Positions 31,301 through 40,594 of a stretch of 64,000 nt of DNA are shown in pieces. The DNA is from an uncultured Ruminococcus sp. (GTDB taxonomy: Bacteria; Bacillota; Clostridia; Oscillospirales; Acutalibacteraceae). The stretch covers positions 15,892-79,891 of the forward strand of contig CACWKD010000005.1 in the NCBI GenBank assembly GCA_902761345.1. The letters run 5' to 3'. The notes beneath the pieces were generated by a model, which made no database searches, had not been told where the DNA came from, and saw nothing but the letters and a program-made list of their open reading frames with translations. A program made the translations under genes and the position numbers. Numbering within the stretch: position 1 is the first letter of the stretch; each line of letters begins with the position of its first letter.

Positions 31301-31925
31301 CAGAAGAATTCGTGACAGCCTAAAAAAGGAAGCTGTACAGCTTGAAGCATTCGAGCAGAATCGCGATATGCTGGGAGCTCTTAACACTGCTATCTCCGCA
31401 ACAAAATCAAACGGCTCGACCGGCAAGGTTACTCTTGAAGTATACGTACAGTCGCATTTTTTTGACAGAATAATCCGACACGCAAACACAAGGCTTTTAA
31501 CTATGACTAACGGACAGTATGAGCTTAAACGCCGAATTGAAGCAGAAAACAACAGTTCAAAAACAGGTCTTGATCTCAATGTAATCGACCATTACAACGA
31601 AACCGAAAGAAGTGTTGCTTCTCTGTCCGGAGGCGAGTCGTTTAAAGCAAGCCTTGCACTTGCACTCGGACTTTCAGATGAAATACAATCTACTAACGGC
31701 GGTATCTCTCTTGAAACTATGTTTGTAGACGAGGGCTTCGGCTCACTTGACGAGGAATCACTGCAAAGTGCCCTCAGAATGCTTATGGATCTCGCAAGCA
31801 ACGGTTCAAGCGGCAGACTTATCGGAATTATCTCTCACGTCGGCGAACTTAAAAAGAAGATCGACAAACAAATCGTTGTTACAAAAGACAGAAACAACGG
31901 CAGTAAAGTTGAAATAAAAGTATGA
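28353..31925 (+). CDS. sbcC: Exonuclease SbcCD, ATPase subunit C (Rad50-like)
   Basis: Walker A GDTGAGKTTIFDAITYALYG, long coiled coils, zinc hook CPVCGS, signature LSGGESFKASLALAL, Walker B MFVDEGFGSLD. It overlaps the end of sbcD. Confidence 0.93.
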   Translation: MRPINLTISAFGPYKDKVVIPMNELGTQGLYVIAGDTGAGKTTIFDAITYALYGEVSSSDKKTGAMLRSKYADKSVKTYVELEFLYRGTHYKIRRSPEYFVEGRKSPYKAEVCLSFPGTDRPDIVKKEEVKQKIIDIMGVDKNQFCQIAMIAQGEFMKLLRTDSEGRKKIYSHIFKTGLYGIIEKRVSDDFSAAKKELENQQLKMTNIISALSAPDSYKHSEQLDNIKTSKISKDNIEERVSVCSELIELDEQKHKELEDERVTIEQKISDQNTVIQKAEKAVETRDKLEKSRTAFTEKEVQLKTKVDELKQVQAQQEYFDELQKETTLLKDSLSDYDKMNDYYSKTQSLANDIQSLDAKLKALEEKQTQDSETLKQKKAELQDSSLCGLDGKLTEHNHTHSSLCDKQAKLLKLKESSRNLTSAQQELEQKKSRFLSEIKTCIAAKAEYAGAFAGFTEYQQKLYEHNIQQTADKKVQLEQKRSQLEQLKDIPGQLIIIQNTKKELAAEKDRIKELKKDRSVLNALKADKDTAAEKLLQAEQTAEQSSDSYNKAYHLFIDNQAGLLAQTLKPGTPCPVCGSLEHPSIALLNDEAFAKDMVDSLKAKAEADEAKCRECEKSKTKCEEKYNEKLSSLNEKARSLLGDDYSFDKFDIIFEQREAALDSDIEQTQAKLNDIEKKSRLMVTLDSEIKRDEQVIQEENESNSKFSQTIAANKEHLNTVLNSYKTFLDETSVDYCKQLDLTFEPEDSYTVTYTETEPSCQKAEKLEKAVKQLFDDTVSARNNTEKLKAAFEKSGTERLGDSFSTENADMLITDKLSEVEQSIENENNAIQSINRAIERKKLIEQKIGELENALENYKTAISETDKKMTKSITDKEHYETQYNSLRAKLKHENKQQAESVIDNNEKQITEHSRKIEELNSSIATLSNEKSTINGTISQLKESFNETDIRDIDQEKLKLSALQSDKDVNKQKSENVHSRLTGNRRIRDSLKKEAVQLEAFEQNRDMLGALNTAISATKSNGSTGKVTLEVYVQSHFFDRIIRHANTRLLTMTNGQYELKRRIEAENNSSKTGLDLNVIDHYNETERSVASLSGGESFKASLALALGLSDEIQSTNGGISLETMFVDEGFGSLDEESLQSALRMLMDLASNGSSGRLIGIISHVGELKKKIDKQIVVTKDRNNGSKVEIKV

Positions 31926-32035
31926 TGATATACTTGATACCCGCTTAGTTGTTGAGAGGAAGTAAAAAACTTATCGTGCGGCAAAGACTATCTTTGAGAA
32001 TAAAGTCGGACGAAGCTGCCCGTCGCCGCACGTCA

Positions 32036-32062
32036 CCCCCTCCTTAGCGAGGGGATTTTTTT
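32036..32062 (+). terminator. Rho-independent terminator of sbcC
   Basis: CCCCTC CTTAGC GAGGGG followed by ATTTTTTT. The adjacent A7 run plus a GCCGG/CCGAC hairpin (32069-32092) probably terminates the convergent minus-strand gene. Confidence 0.75.
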
Positions 32063-32103
32063 GCAAAAAAATGAGCCGGCATAAACCGACCCATTCTAAA
32101 TTA

Positions 32104-32841
32104 CTATATTGCCGATACCTGTAATTTTCCGGTATCGGTCTTTACTTTATAGGAATAATCTCCTGCACCGACAATATACGAATTCTTTTTTGTATCAATA
32201 TACGTTGACATACTGCCGCTCTTGGAGGAGAAATCCATTTTGTATCCCACACCGCTTGCAATACCTATCAAAATATCGCCGTCTGTCGCTGTAAGCTCAG
32301 AATTTAAAGCATACACATTTTCACAAGTAATTTTTCCACTCTGAGAATTTACTGTTAGATCTTCGCAGTTCAGGTTTTTTAGAACAACCTCTCCGTCCGT
32401 ATTTATATTGATACTTTTGAGGTTATTCGCAGTTACCCTAGGAATACGAATTTCAAGCTTTTTGTATGCGTCTGTTATCTTTACGTCCTTATCTCCTACA
32501 AAGAAAAACGAAAACTCAGTACCCTCATAAAGATACGATAATCTCTCGTCCTCTCTAAGCTGTCTTGTAGCTGCTTCCTCTACAAAATAACTATCCCCGT
32601 CATATGCTATTATCTCCACTCTTCCGCCAAACCAATCTATATTCAGCGTGTTTATATCATCAGGCGGATAATACTCGCCCATAGCGTAATACAGCGACAT
32701 ATCGGTAGGATCGTAATTTGAGAGCTTTACAGAATCGTCGTATGCCGAGCCTGAAAGCATCGTGCATAGACCATTCATCAGCATTACAAGCGAAATAAAG
32801 ATTACAGAAAAAACAGACAGTACAATACCACGAAGCTTCAT
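32104..32841 (-). CDS. Membrane-anchored DUF4097-like beta-repeat protein (putative adhesin fold)
   Basis: N-terminal TM helix LRGIVLSVFSVIFISLVMLMNGL. There are repeated beta-strand units with G-x-I / SG-I patterns (NTDGEVVLKN, SQSGKITCEN, TATDGDILIG, SKSGSMSTY). Confidence 0.55.
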   Translation of the reverse strand: MKLRGIVLSVFSVIFISLVMLMNGLCTMLSGSAYDDSVKLSNYDPTDMSLYYAMGEYYPPDDINTLNIDWFGGRVEIIAYDGDSYFVEEAATRQLREDERLSYLYEGTEFSFFFVGDKDVKITDAYKKLEIRIPRVTANNLKSININTDGEVVLKNLNCEDLTVNSQSGKITCENVYALNSELTATDGDILIGIASGVGYKMDFSSKSGSMSTYIDTKKNSYIVGAGDYSYKVKTDTGKLQVSAI

Positions 32842-32843
32842 AA

Positions 32844-33413
32844 TTATGATATAATTGTTCCGTAAACAGTACCGCTGATACCTGCTGCGTTTGCTTCATC
32901 TGTATCGATGTGCATAGCTGCTGCAAAGTCGCTTCTTACTCTTACAACTACATCTGCAAATATAGTCTTTCTGCCTGTGCCTGCGTCAACCTCAACAGAT
33001 ACTATCTGCTTGTCTTTAAGTCCGAATGCCTCAGCCTCAGCGGGAGTAAAGTGAATGTGTCTTTTTGCTACGATAACACCGCAGTCGATCTCAGCCTCTC
33101 CGCAGGGGCCGATAACCTTACATCCCGGTGTTCCCGCAATATCTCCGCTTTCTCTTATCGGAGGTACAAGACCCAACTTTCTTGCATCTGTAAAAGATAA
33201 CTCAACCTGTGTATCCTTTCTGAAAGGTCCTAAAATAGACATTACAAGCTCACCCTTAGGACCTACTACCTTTACTTTTTCCTCACAGGCAAACTGTCCG
33301 GGCTGAGAGAGATCCTTCTTGTTTGTGAGAGTTTTACCCTCGCCGAAAAGTGTTGCAAACAACTCCTCTGTTACATGAATATGACGAGCAGAGGTTTCAA
33401 CCATTACTTTCAT
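32844..33413 (-). CDS. pduL: Phosphate propanoyltransferase / phosphotransacylase PduL
   Basis: Both PduL repeats are present: SARHIHVTEELFATLFG and AKRHIHFTPAEAEAFGL, plus AAMHIDTDEANAAG. Confidence 0.9.
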   Translation of the reverse strand: MKVMVETSARHIHVTEELFATLFGEGKTLTNKKDLSQPGQFACEEKVKVVGPKGELVMSILGPFRKDTQVELSFTDARKLGLVPPIRESGDIAGTPGCKVIGPCGEAEIDCGVIVAKRHIHFTPAEAEAFGLKDKQIVSVEVDAGTGRKTIFADVVVRVRSDFAAAMHIDTDEANAAGISGTVYGTIIS

Positions 33414-33591
33414 TTTTAATCACCATTCCGTTTAAACTATATTACCGATACTCGGCTACTATTATTTTACATCAAAAACATAAACATTGCAATGTGTTTC
33501 ATTAGATTTCATTAAAATTTTACCTTAATATTGTAATCGCTTTTGTTTTATGGTAAAATTTTTTTAGCTTTTAAGAAAGAACGTGATCATA

Positions 33592-34166
33592 TGTACGATA
33601 ACTGGGAAGATTTAAAAACCGCCTGCTATAATTGTGAAAAATGCGAGCTATGTTCTACTCGAACAAACCTTGTTTTTGGTGTAGGCAATCCCCGTGCAGA
33701 GGTAATGTTTATCGGAGAGGGTCCGGGAGAACAGGAGGATCTCAAAGGCGAACCTTTTGTAGGACGAGGAGGACAGCTGCTTGATAAAATGCTTGCAGTG
33801 GTTGACCTTGACAGAAACAAAAACATTTACATTGCAAATATGGTAAAATGCCGTCCGCCCAAAAATCGTGACCCGAAACCCGAGGAACAAGACCAATGCA
33901 TTAACTGGCTGAGAAATCAGGTAAAGCTTATACACCCGAAAATAATCGTATGTTTGGGAAGAATTTCCGCTATGCGAGTAATCAAACCGGACATCAAGAT
34001 CACTCGTGAGCATGGTATTTTCTTTGAACGTAAAGGAACTCTGCTTATGGCTACCCTACACCCCGCCGCACTTCTGAGAAACCCCAACAACAAACCTGCC
34101 GCTATGGAGGATTTCTTCAAGCTGCGTGACAAGATTAACGAGATCTGCGATCATACATACGAGTGA
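33592..34166 (+). CDS. Uracil-DNA glycosylase, family 4. The start is at MYDNWEDL, internal to ORF 33543..34166.
   Basis: Fe-S cysteines [10 protein letters not shown], motif [26 protein letters not shown], motif [13 protein letters not shown]. Confidence 0.9.
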
Positions 34167-34182
34167 AAAAGGGGGTGACAAT

Positions 34183-35007
34183 ATGGCATTTATGGGAATG
34201 TTTATTATTGCTATTGTTTTAATAGCGCTTTTCACAGCATTTTGTATAATGGTAACATCTTTTATTCTGGCGATAGTATTTAAAACAAAACAAAGAAAAG
34301 TCCCTTTTATAATATTCACATCAATAGGCTCTGTACTGCTTGCAGGATTTATTGTTCTCGGAGTTATCATATTCGGGCCTAAAAGCGTAAGCATCGAATC
34401 ACCGACAGGTCAAATTACAAAAATACCGCAAAAAGAAGCTTATGCTTTTTCTGAGGCAATTTCAAATGAAGATATTCAAGGGGCTGCGGCTCTCATGGAT
34501 AAATACCCCGAGTTGGTATACTATACCGGTTCTAACGGACAATCACCGTTGGACGAAGCAAGCAACACTCTTAACATTGAACTTGCCGAATGCATAATAG
34601 ATCACGGCGCAGTATATGACGATGAATTTATGCACAGAAAAAGCGTTTATGATTACTCATTGGAATATTTTTTTGCAAAACACACAACCAATAATTATAT
34701 TGACCCGGGTATGAGCCTTAACAATATGGTTAGCTTTATGCTTGAAAACGGAGCCGGTGTAGATTTTAACAGCACCTATCATCCAAATGCTCTCTTTAGT
34801 TCAGTTTGGTATATATGCTCAGACGAAGTAATACAGGAAAGGGATTTGGAACTTCTGCAACTGCTTATTGATCACGGTGCGAACATTTCCAAGGAAAACA
34901 CAAGCGGAGAATGCCCGGCAGACTTTCTGGAAATGGCGGCACAACAAAACAATGTTTCCCTTGATAGTGAAAATTACATAAAAGCTGAAAAGCTGCTTTC
35001 CCACTAA
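34183..35007 (+). CDS. Membrane protein with two N-terminal TM helices and ankyrin-like repeats. The start is at MAFMGMF after the RBS AAGGGGGTGA.
   Basis: TM helices FIIAIVLIALFTAFCIMVTSFILAIVF and FIIFTSIGSVLLAGFIVLGVIIF. Ankyrin-like segments are GQSPLDEASNTLNIELAECIIDHGA and LLQLLIDHGANISKENTSGECPADF. Confidence 0.6.
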   Translation: MAFMGMFIIAIVLIALFTAFCIMVTSFILAIVFKTKQRKVPFIIFTSIGSVLLAGFIVLGVIIFGPKSVSIESPTGQITKIPQKEAYAFSEAISNEDIQGAAALMDKYPELVYYTGSNGQSPLDEASNTLNIELAECIIDHGAVYDDEFMHRKSVYDYSLEYFFAKHTTNNYIDPGMSLNNMVSFMLENGAGVDFNSTYHPNALFSSVWYICSDEVIQERDLELLQLLIDHGANISKENTSGECPADFLEMAAQQNNVSLDSENYIKAEKLLSH

Positions 35008-35012
35008 TAACA

Positions 35013-35044
35013 TTCACCCCCCGAACCTAAGTCCGAGGGGTGAA
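35013..35044. terminator. Bidirectional terminator hairpin between convergent genes
   Basis: TTCACCCC (35013-35020) pairs with GGGGTGAA (35037-35044) and is followed by ATTTTGTTGT. Confidence 0.65.
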
Positions 35045-35067
35045 ATTTTGTTGTGCAATATTAATAA

Positions 35068-38000
35068 TTAGTCTTCCTTGCGTCTGCGATATGCAAATGC
35101 ACAGATGAGTAATGCCGTAAGCATTGTTGCAGCGTATGCAAATGTATTTGTGCTGTCGCCCGTCTTTACAGGTTCTGCTGTCGAACCGCCCGACGGCTGC
35201 GGCAATGCTGTGTAGTTGTTTGTGTTATTGTTCGTATTGTTATTATTAGTATTGCTGTTGTTGTTTGTATTGTTGTTATTGTTTGTCTGTGTATCGGTAT
35301 CCTTATTTACTGTAACGCCCTGTATCTTTGTGTTATCGGTTGTTGTATCGGTATCAGTTTTTGTTTCTGTATCCGTTTCGGTCTCTGTTTCTGTTTCTAC
35401 CTCTGTTTCTGTCTCTGTCTCGGTCTCCGTTTCCGTTTCTACCTCAGATTCTGTCTCGGTCTCTGTCTCTGTTTCTACCTCTGTTTCGGTTTCTGTTTCT
35501 GTCTCCGTTTCTACCTCAGTTTCTGTTTCGGTCTCGGTCTCTGTCTCTGTTTCTACCTCTGTTTCAGTTTCGGTTTCTGTCTCTGTCTCTGTTTCTACCT
35601 CTGTTTCAGTTTCTGTTTCTGTCTCTGTCTCTGTTTCTACCTCTGTTTCAGTTTCTGTTTCTGTCTCTGTCTCTGTTTCTACCTCTGTTTCGATTTCGGT
35701 TTCTGTCTCTATCTCTGTTTCTACCTCTGTTTCAGTTTCGGTCTCTGTTTCTGTCTCTATCTCTACTTCGGATTCTGTTTCGGTCTCTGTCTCTACTTCG
35801 GATGCTGTTTCGGTTTCTGTCTCTGTCTCAGTTTCTACCTCTGTTTCGGTTTCGGTTTCTGCTTCTACTTCTGTGTAGTCTGTTTCCTCCTCTTCCGGCT
35901 CAGGCTGAGGTGGTATAATTATCGGCACTGATTTTTCATCGTTGTCGCTTACGTTACCCGATGCAGCTTCTACCGTACAAGGATACATATCCTGCGTTAC
36001 ATTTTCACTGTCTATTACTGTGGTAAATGTAAATGTTACCGATTCGCCCGGTTCCATTTTCGGGATAATCATTGTATTTTCGGTTGTTTTGTAATCTTCA
36101 TCAGCTTTAAATATACCGTTCAGGCTCTCTGTTACAACTACATTTACAAGCGTAACATCTCCGTTATTTGTTACCGTATCGGTCCATACAACTGTTTCGC
36201 CTATCGTGTAATCTCTGCTGTCAACCTCTTTTGTTACCTTGATCTTCGGATAAATTATTTTTGTATTTCCGTTATCTGTTGCTGTTACCGAGTCGCTTGA
36301 CGAATCCTTGTAATGCTCGCTTGCGGTTGCCGTTACTGTTGATTGGATCGTATCGTTTTCGATAATATTTTCAGTAGCCTTTACTACAAATACATATTCA
36401 TAGCTTTCGCCGGGTTCAAGCTCTGCAATTACAAAATGGTCTCCTCTAACAGTTACACCGTATGGGAGTTTGAAATAACCGTCGAGGTTTTCTTCAACCT
36501 TAATATTCGTTAATGTTGTCAAGCCTGTATTTGTAACTGTACTTGTAAACTCAACACTGTCATTTACTACGTGTACAGGTTTATCTACCGACTTGGTTAC
36601 TGTAATCTCATAATGAACTACTTCAACCGTTGCAGTATCGTCATCGGATACTTTCTCGTCTGATGTTGCGGTTACAAGATTTACAACCTTATTTACATCT
36701 GTAAGAGGTGCGTCTTTTGCGTTGATCGTGTATGTAAGAGTAACGCTGTCGCCTATATCGAGTACGTCTATAACAAACTGTCCTTTGTCGTTGATCGTGC
36801 CGTTCTCGTTTTCTGCGTATGCGCCTTTTTCGAAATTCTCCGCTACTACAACATTATGAAGCACACGGTTTCCTGTGTTGGTGACAACGTCTTTGTATAC
36901 TATATCTTCGATGTCGTCATATACTTCCTTGTCGGGTGTTGTGGTAACAGTTATCTGTGGGAATACGATCGCATATTCTACATCGTCCATTGCCTCAACT
37001 CTCTTCTCGGAGTTGGAAACTGCTGTTGTGTAAGAATATACATTAAAGTCATCGTCATGCTCTACGTCCGTAACCTTAATATAATATACAAGCGTTACGC
37101 TCTCGCCCGGGAGAAGTTTATCAATTACAAGAATGTTATTTTCTTCAACTGTTACAACCTTATCACCGTATTCGGAAGCTTCAAGATCAAACTCGCCTTT
37201 GTCGTTGTCCTCTGTTACAACTACATCATAAAGTATTCTGCCGCTTGTGTTTTCAATAACATTTGTGTACGTTACTGTATCTTCACCGTAGTATATGTCT
37301 TTGTCTGCTGTCTTTGTAATGTCTATATATACTGTGTGAACTGTACATTCATCGTCATCAGTTGCCTTTTCGGCTGTTGTTACATAAGCTGTATTAACAA
37401 GTTTGTTGTCCTCGGCATTGCTTGCAGGAGCACGGTATGTGAATGTATAGCTCTCGCCCGGTTTCAAGTCGGGGATTATAACCTCTGTACCCTTTGCGGT
37501 CATTTCGCCCTCAACAACGTCGTACTCGCCAAACACCGTCTGTGTAACTTTTACGTTTGTAAGGGTTACAGAACCTGTGTTTGTAACCGTTTCCGTATAT
37601 ACGACCGTTTCGTCCTCTTTATATACAGTATCGTCGGGAGAAATTGTTATATCTACAATAGGCACTTCAACAAATACAGTACACTCGTCGTCGTCGGTAA
37701 CTTCCTGAGCGGTCGTAACTTCTGCGCTGTTTGTTATCTCAAAGTTTTCTGCAATGCTTGCAGGAACTCTGTACAGAAGAGTATAGCTCTCGCCCGGCAT
37801 AAGGTCGGGAATAACAACGCTCTTGCCGTCAACGGTCATCTCGTCCTCAACAATATCGTACTTACCGTCTAAATCCTGTGTGACAGTTACGTTTGTGAGT
37901 TTTATATTGCCTACATTTGTAACTACTTCAGTATATACAACTGTTTCATCTTCATGATACACCGGCTGATCGGGCGTCATTGTAATTTCTACATCGGGAA

Positions 38001-40368
38001 CACCCTTTATCTTGACTTCTCTTTCGTCGCTGTCACCAATAATATTGGTTGCTACTACTTTAAGTGTGTATTCACGTCCGTCTGCGAAGTTCGGGATATA
38101 TTCGTCCAAAATCTCGACAGACTGTGTATCTCCTCTGCGTTTAACCGTGAAGTCATTTACAAAAACTCCGTCCTCATCGTAAACGCTGATAGTATAAGTA
38201 TCTACGTGAATAACTTCATCTTTTCTTGTTTTTCCGTCCTCTGTTCCAAATCCCTCGTCAACAGGTACTGTCCACGACAACTCGTTTTTATCAATATCAT
38301 AACTCAGGTCAAGAACAGGGTCGGGACGTGTAGCGAATGCAATCTCACCCCATTTGTATTCAGTGTGGCGGATTGAGTTTTTCTGTGTGTTTACATTATA
38401 AATTTCTATATTATTTGTCTCCCCGTTGTACCTTTCTCTTAATGTTCTTTCCTCTGTCGGCACTACGTAAGCATTTCTGATAAACTCACCGTCAACATAG
38501 TATTTAGTGTCCGGATTAGATACCATTACCTGATTAATAACATTGTAAGAAACACCCTTTTCAACATTGCTTAAATCTTTCTTGTTAAATGTTATTTTCT
38601 TATCGGAATAAGTATCTTTATTAACAGAAGTAGTATTATAATCGGTATAAGACACCTCACTGCTGTCAATGTCATCTCCGGGGTCTGCATAATAAGAACC
38701 ATATTGACTTGCAAAAGATTTTTTTACAACACCTTCGGTTTCGACAATACCCAATTCACTCATAACATCTTTAACCGATTTGTAGGTATACTTGTCGGAG
38801 GTATTAGGCATAAATGAGAAGTAGTAATTAATAAGGTCAGGGTAAGTTTCATTAATATGATTAATAATCTTTTCGAAAATAGCCGTTACTCTTGATATTT
38901 CGGTGTCTGTTACATTATTCACCCAACCAAAATCATACCTTATTCCTGTAATAGCTAATGAACCATGCCAAGAATAATCGCTATAATTAGTATTACTATA
39001 ATAATATTTATTATTTTGAATTACATCAAGAAGAGCCAAAAATACATTATTGTCATAATAATTATTTTTTTGACTCCAACTCATATTGTTCCCATATCTA
39101 TCTTGCAATTCATAGTAAACAGGAAAATTTTGAAGCAGTGTTTTTTCTTCATCTGTGATTTCATCACTTAAATAATAATCATTAAGAAAGTTTATCAATT
39201 CTATTGATCGCTCATGTTCCAGCGAAGTAGAAGCCAACGAATTAAAGGTCATTACTAAATAACGGTAGTCGTCACTTCCACCACGAGTACGTACTGCTTT
39301 TCTTATCGTGTCCGGGTCTGTAGATTTTCCCGGCAAACCGGTGTATGTATTTTCACGTAAATAACCATTATCGACAAAATCTATATCAATATTCGATTCG
39401 TATACTCTAAGTGCTGAATTCCAAACTTCGGAAAGTCTGAATTCTTCGCCATTATTTTTTCCCCAATGATAACCTTCGTTTTTTAAATAATTATATAAAT
39501 TGAATAATTCAAGTTCATTAGCATTATTACCATTCGGCATAATAAAAACTCTACCTTTATCTACTTCGCCGTTGGATATAGGCTGTATTGAGTTATTTCC
39601 AAAATCAAGACTTTCACCATTGTCATATACAACATCACTGCCAACTCGCGTTTGAACAAGGTTTAATTGCTCTGTCATATTATCCATCGGTAAAATTATA
39701 TCATCTTCACTTTCAAGATTGACATAAAACCTTTTTGTTGTCCCCTCATTCACTGTTTGCTCCGCATAAATAGCATTCTCCAGTTTATAGAATGATTTAT
39801 CGGTAATATTTGTACTGTGAGCTAATCTAAAGAGAGAAGCTCTGCTCGTGTCGCCGTATCTGAGCCAGTTACCGTCATACCTAATTTCAACAGCTATTTC
39901 CTGTTCCGTACTGTCGCTGTAAATCAAATGAAGATATATTTCGCTTAAATTCGAAAAAGACACCTCATTCAAATTCAAATAATATATATCAGTTATATTA
40001 TTATTATACACATTTGAATAATATCTCGGTTCAACAATAAGCAAATCAAAATCTTCACAATAATCAAATATCAGCGACTGCGAATAGGTAGTATCTCCCT
40101 GAACATACGAAACCAAAACCTGTTGTATGTCGCTTTGCTGATGTATGCTGTTGCTGTCATCAAGATGGATAAAAATATCACTTGATTTCCACCCATCACC
40201 TGTGCTTTTAGTCAATGCAGATGTATCAAGTACCACCGGATACTCCGTTACATCGTCGTCTGCACTCGCCGAAAGCTGCATTACACCCGAAAACATACTG
40301 ACTATCATCATTACAACCAGTACCTTTGCCAATAACTGCTTTAGTTCGGCAGTTAAGTTTGCTTTCAT
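35068..40368 (-). CDS. Giant (1766 aa) cell-surface protein. It has a signal peptide, a large N-terminal region of unknown fold, an Fn3-like module, about 8 DUF11/CARDB-like repeats, a Glu/Thr tandem array, an Asn-rich tract and a C-terminal wall/membrane anchor.
   Basis: Signal peptide ..[19 protein letters not shown]. Repeats of about 110 aa follow the pattern [27 protein letters not shown]......PDL.PGESYT..Y...A. The C-terminus is [35 protein letters not shown], an LPXTG-like motif followed by a hydrophobic segment and a basic tail. Confidence 0.85.
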   Translation of the reverse strand: MKANLTAELKQLLAKVLVVMMIVSMFSGVMQLSASADDDVTEYPVVLDTSALTKSTGDGWKSSDIFIHLDDSNSIHQQSDIQQVLVSYVQGDTTYSQSLIFDYCEDFDLLIVEPRYYSNVYNNNITDIYYLNLNEVSFSNLSEIYLHLIYSDSTEQEIAVEIRYDGNWLRYGDTSRASLFRLAHSTNITDKSFYKLENAIYAEQTVNEGTTKRFYVNLESEDDIILPMDNMTEQLNLVQTRVGSDVVYDNGESLDFGNNSIQPISNGEVDKGRVFIMPNGNNANELELFNLYNYLKNEGYHWGKNNGEEFRLSEVWNSALRVYESNIDIDFVDNGYLRENTYTGLPGKSTDPDTIRKAVRTRGGSDDYRYLVMTFNSLASTSLEHERSIELINFLNDYYLSDEITDEEKTLLQNFPVYYELQDRYGNNMSWSQKNNYYDNNVFLALLDVIQNNKYYYSNTNYSDYSWHGSLAITGIRYDFGWVNNVTDTEISRVTAIFEKIINHINETYPDLINYYFSFMPNTSDKYTYKSVKDVMSELGIVETEGVVKKSFASQYGSYYADPGDDIDSSEVSYTDYNTTSVNKDTYSDKKITFNKKDLSNVEKGVSYNVINQVMVSNPDTKYYVDGEFIRNAYVVPTEERTLRERYNGETNNIEIYNVNTQKNSIRHTEYKWGEIAFATRPDPVLDLSYDIDKNELSWTVPVDEGFGTEDGKTRKDEVIHVDTYTISVYDEDGVFVNDFTVKRRGDTQSVEILDEYIPNFADGREYTLKVVATNIIGDSDEREVKIKGVPDVEITMTPDQPVYHEDETVVYTEVVTNVGNIKLTNVTVTQDLDGKYDIVEDEMTVDGKSVVIPDLMPGESYTLLYRVPASIAENFEITNSAEVTTAQEVTDDDECTVFVEVPIVDITISPDDTVYKEDETVVYTETVTNTGSVTLTNVKVTQTVFGEYDVVEGEMTAKGTEVIIPDLKPGESYTFTYRAPASNAEDNKLVNTAYVTTAEKATDDDECTVHTVYIDITKTADKDIYYGEDTVTYTNVIENTSGRILYDVVVTEDNDKGEFDLEASEYGDKVVTVEENNILVIDKLLPGESVTLVYYIKVTDVEHDDDFNVYSYTTAVSNSEKRVEAMDDVEYAIVFPQITVTTTPDKEVYDDIEDIVYKDVVTNTGNRVLHNVVVAENFEKGAYAENENGTINDKGQFVIDVLDIGDSVTLTYTINAKDAPLTDVNKVVNLVTATSDEKVSDDDTATVEVVHYEITVTKSVDKPVHVVNDSVEFTSTVTNTGLTTLTNIKVEENLDGYFKLPYGVTVRGDHFVIAELEPGESYEYVFVVKATENIIENDTIQSTVTATASEHYKDSSSDSVTATDNGNTKIIYPKIKVTKEVDSRDYTIGETVVWTDTVTNNGDVTLVNVVVTESLNGIFKADEDYKTTENTMIIPKMEPGESVTFTFTTVIDSENVTQDMYPCTVEAASGNVSDNDEKSVPIIIPPQPEPEEEETDYTEVEAETETETEVETETETETETASEVETETETESEVEIETETETETETEVETEIETETEIETEVETETETETETETEVETETETETETETEVETETETETETETEVETETETETETETEVETETETETETEVETETETETESEVETETETETETETEVETETETETDTETKTDTDTTTDNTKIQGVTVNKDTDTQTNNNNNTNNNSNTNNNNTNNNTNNYTALPQPSGGSTAEPVKTGDSTNTFAYAATMLTALLICAFAYRRRKED
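35330..35880 (-). repeat. In-frame tandem array encoding (ETETETEV)n, with a basic 6-nt period (GTTTCT/GTCTCT on the plus strand) and higher-order units of about 42-48 nt
   Basis: About 180 residues consist almost only of E, T and V, and the DNA is visibly periodic. Next to it is an Asn codon tract at about 35215-35290 ([22 protein letters not shown]). Confidence 0.9.
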
Positions 40369-40551
40369 AAAAACTCATCCTTTCTTAAAAAATTTATTTT
40401 TTTGAGCTTTTACAAACAAAGAATGCAAAAGCTCAAAAATAATATTATTAGTATTTTATCACACTCCCATCACAATTTCAATACTTATTAATAAAAATGT
40501 ATTTTTTTGTTAATTGTACATAACACAAAATTTATATCACTGTGAACAATG

Positions 40552-40593
40552 CCAAAATTCCCCGATAAAATCTAACTTTATCGGGGAATTTTT
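40552..40593. terminator. 14-bp perfect hairpin terminator directly after the MutS-like gene, potentially bidirectional
   Basis: AATTCCCCGATAAA, loop ATCTAAC, TTTATCGGGGAATT, flanked by A4 and T5. Confidence 0.75.
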
Positions 40594-40594
40594 G

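Noticed and set aside
31990-32035. A long-range stem, CGTGCGGC...GCCGCACG, closing a loop of about 50 nt just after sbcC, as a possible small RNA
   Set aside because: It is a single 8-bp stem around a large unstructured loop with no conserved motif. It lies immediately upstream of the real sbcC terminator and could easily be chance complementarity.
35216-35918. Plus-strand ORFs of 220 aa and 196 aa (VSVSVS.. and LFLSLSL.. proteins), and the possibility that the periodic DNA is a CRISPR-like array
   Set aside because: They are mirror-frame artefacts of the (ETETEV)n coding repeat of the minus-strand adhesin. The period is 6 nt with no unique spacers, so this is not CRISPR.
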